From Lingula anatina (lineage: Eukaryota; Animalia; Brachiopoda): a stretch of DNA of 64,000 nt. Shown in pieces: positions 61,511-64,000 of the stretch. Made by a program: the position numbers and the translations under genes. Where the stretch lies: contig CM120646.1 in assembly GCA_051362555.1 (NCBI GenBank), positions 16,678,001-16,742,000 of the forward strand, read 5' to 3'. Every line of letters starts with the position of its first letter. Position 1 is the stretch's first letter. The notes below the pieces were generated by a model, which was not told where the DNA came from, made no database searches, and saw only the letters and a program-made list of their open reading frames with translations.

Positions 61511-63657
61511 TTACTCTTCCTTTCCCACTGTAGGAGTAGACACACTTGTCTGACTGGTAGACCAGGATCTTGTCTTAACACGGCGCAGTGCTGTCCACAA
61601 ACGGTTGACAATTTCCTTGCGTATGGTGGCAGTGAACTTGGTGAAGAGACAGAGAGCTGTGCAGGAGACAAACACCAGGTTGTAGGTGAGGATTAGGTAA
61701 AAACTTCCCAGCCACTCCAGACGCCCAAACTCTCCGAGAAGATCAAAGTTTGTTATACCTGGAATGCGATGGACAAAACTTAGTTGTTTTTTAAAGTCCC
61801 TGAACAAATTCCAAATGAATAAATGGTCTAAAAAAATTGTGATATAAGGATAAGAATTCTGTATAAATCCATCTTCCCAACCATCTAAAAGGGAATAGGT
61901 CTGCTGTACCAGTACATGCGGTAGCATGGAGCCACTCAACTTGACTTGCAGGATTTCATTACTTACCTAGTATCCAGGATAGCACAGGACATTGTATTTA
62001 TCCAGCATTCATAGCACAGGGCTACTTACCCAGTATCCATGATAACACAGGTCTACTTACCCAGTATCCAGGGCAGTGAAGGGCTACTTACACAGGACCT
62101 TGAATAACAGGGCAACTTCCCTAGAATCCTAGCAGCAAAGAACAACTTACAAACTGTCCTGAATAACAGGGCTACTTATATTATCCAGTATCCTGGAAAA
62201 CACATATTAGTAACTTACCCAGTATCCGGGATAGCACAGGAAGAGCTGAGCTGAGCACCAGTATGACTACACAGTTGCCGATGATCTGGGTAAGTGTGGT
62301 GTCAGAAGGCTTGGGTTGCAGGCGGCGGAAGAATCGTAGGCTGTAGAATCCAACCACTGAGGCTAACATGAAATATCTGAGGAAGGTGTTGAGGACAATG
62401 GACCTGGTCTTGACATTTACACTACAACACATGGGATAAATAAATTGTGGTCTTAGAAAGTTTCAATTGTATACACTACATGATGAGCAGACTGTGGAAT
62501 TAAGTTTCCATTTTTTTTTTCACACATGACTGGGTACTTGAATGTTATCTGGCATTATACTAAGTTCTCTATTATATCAAGGATACAAAATGAGAGCTAT
62601 CTCCAGCAGAGCACCAACTTGTCCCAGGGCAGACAGTGAAGACAAACCAAGGACTATATCCTGAAAAAGAAAACATTATGTTTAGGTTTTAGGTTTTGGG
62701 TTTACTAAATCAGTCATTCAGCACAACATACACACACTTATTTTCTCGACACTTCCGGCACTTTTCAAATGTACCTACTAGTATTGTAATTAATATTCAT
62801 TTAATGGACTCTCAAGATTCCATTATAAGGGACCCTGAGTTCATATGCATCAATGTACTAATTTTTCTATCCCCCATCTATTAAATATACACCCATCACC
62901 TGAGAACTGTTTTTCACCACTTAAACACTGGAGAGAGACATACCTTGCCTCCCACAGGTAACTTTTTATCCCCAAACACCAACAGCAGTGTGTTCAGAGC
63001 CACCCATAATACTGATAAGGCCTGAAAGAATAATACAGTTGAATTAACATAAACTAATAGACCAGGAATTAATCTATCAATAACGACGCAGAATGGTCCT
63101 TTTAAGACCCTAATTACATACTGGACTGTTTCACTTCTAAAACGGTATATGAGACACCTTTTGGTTTATTTGTACTTAGAAAATTTCATGCAACTCCCTG
63201 AATTTCAATGGAGAAACATCAAATACTCACAGTTAAGGCTAACAACAGAAGCATCATCAATGGATAGCCCACATTTCTCCTCAAGGATGATATCTGTTGT
63301 CTCTTTTCTGAAATAAGACAATTTCTACAGGTCAATTTTCCTACTGGTGATACCCACAACTTTTTATCATTTTATATTGAAGTACCTGCTATAAATGGGA
63401 GCTGTTAGCATTTAGGTCATTGTTTTCCATGGTTTCAGGGACACATAGGCACATGTATTCAAACACACTGATTTATAATCCCTTTTCACAAGCATCTCCC
63501 CTCTGCTAAAAAAAGGGGGGGGGGAAACATATTTCCATACCCAACTGTTGCTTCTCCTCCTGAACATCTTCTAATCTTTTTCTCAACTCTGATGTTCCAT
63601 TGCAGCTTCCATTGTGTCCATTGGCAATGGTTCTGCCATTGCTGGTGGTAGTTACAC
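61511..63657 (-). CDS. LMBR1: LMBR1/LMBR1L (Lilipod) family membrane protein, last six exons; 5' part lies beyond the window
   Basis: Exons 63541-63657, ~63231-63307, ~62944-63021, 62587-62660, 62219-62376, 61511-61758 encode RNVGYPLMMLLLLALT, YFMLASVVGFYS, DTTLTQIIGNCVVILVLSSALPVLSRILGITNFDLLGEFGRLEWLGSFY. Confidence 0.93.
61961..62240 (-). repeat. ~30-bp tandem array of exon end plus 5' splice site in the last LMBR1 intron
   Basis: About 9 units of (cctgtgctatcc)ggatactgg|gtaagta on the minus strand; the first unit is the true exon end. Confidence 0.85.
62377..62586 (-). other. U12-type (minor spliceosome) GT-AG intron in LMBR1
   Basis: 5' splice site GTATCCTT; branch-point-like TCCTCAAC (62388-62395) about 11 nt from the AG; splicing restores ...ALIL-YFM in frame. 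Confidence 0.85.
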
Positions 63658-64000
63658 CTACAGATATATTCATATCAAAATAATGGCTCTTGTTCTTGTT
63701 AAACAACGAAAGAATCACTATCAACAATAAAACCTACTCTACAAGCTATACAACTTTGGTCAAAAAAAGAATTTCTATCATGAAAATGCTTTGTTCTGGA
63801 TCTTTACCTTAAGCCTGAACTTTATCTGACATTTTTAATGTTTGCAAAACACTGTTTACATTAGGCCCTGCGTAAAAACAATGTGACAACCTGACCTTCA
63901 TCACTCAAAACTTGCATTTTCTATGTTTATTTAATCCCCTTTGATAATTACTGAATTTGTTTTGTATTATTCCTATACACATGTATTACAGTAAAAAGCT

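Noticed and set aside
61961-62240. Regularly spaced ~30-bp repeats resembling a CRISPR array
   Set aside because: Eukaryotic intron, degenerate head-to-tail units without unique spacers, derived from the adjacent exon end, no cas genes.

Overview
AT-rich, intron-rich animal genomic DNA, probably a marine invertebrate such as a mollusc (inferred from gene structure and repeat types, not proven). Manual exon joining with phase checks gives seven protein-coding genes: ERICH2-like (-, 985-6163); V-ATPase V0 subunit a (-, 8381-27745), head-to-head with the JmjC gene HSPBAP1 (+, 28788-32112); two tandem intronless UDP-glycosyltransferases (-, 36642-38240 and 39429-41027); a PX-PH phospholipase D1/2-type gene (+, 45822-57098); and the 3' part of LMBR1/LMBR1L (-, from 61511, running off the window). 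Main oddities: (1) the PLD has N instead of H in its second HKD motif plus other eroded conserved motifs, yet keeps an intact 24-exon frame; (2) both UGTs replace the catalytic His/Asp pair with Gln/Ser; (3) the V-ATPase gene has two candidate mutually exclusive exon pairs, candidate microexons and a possible intronic RNA stem; (4) short tandem duplications anchored on splice sites recur in four unrelated genes; (5) LMBR1 has a U12-type intron. Most short ORFs in the supplied track are spurious or are exon fragments. Coordinates were read by eye and may be off by a few bases.
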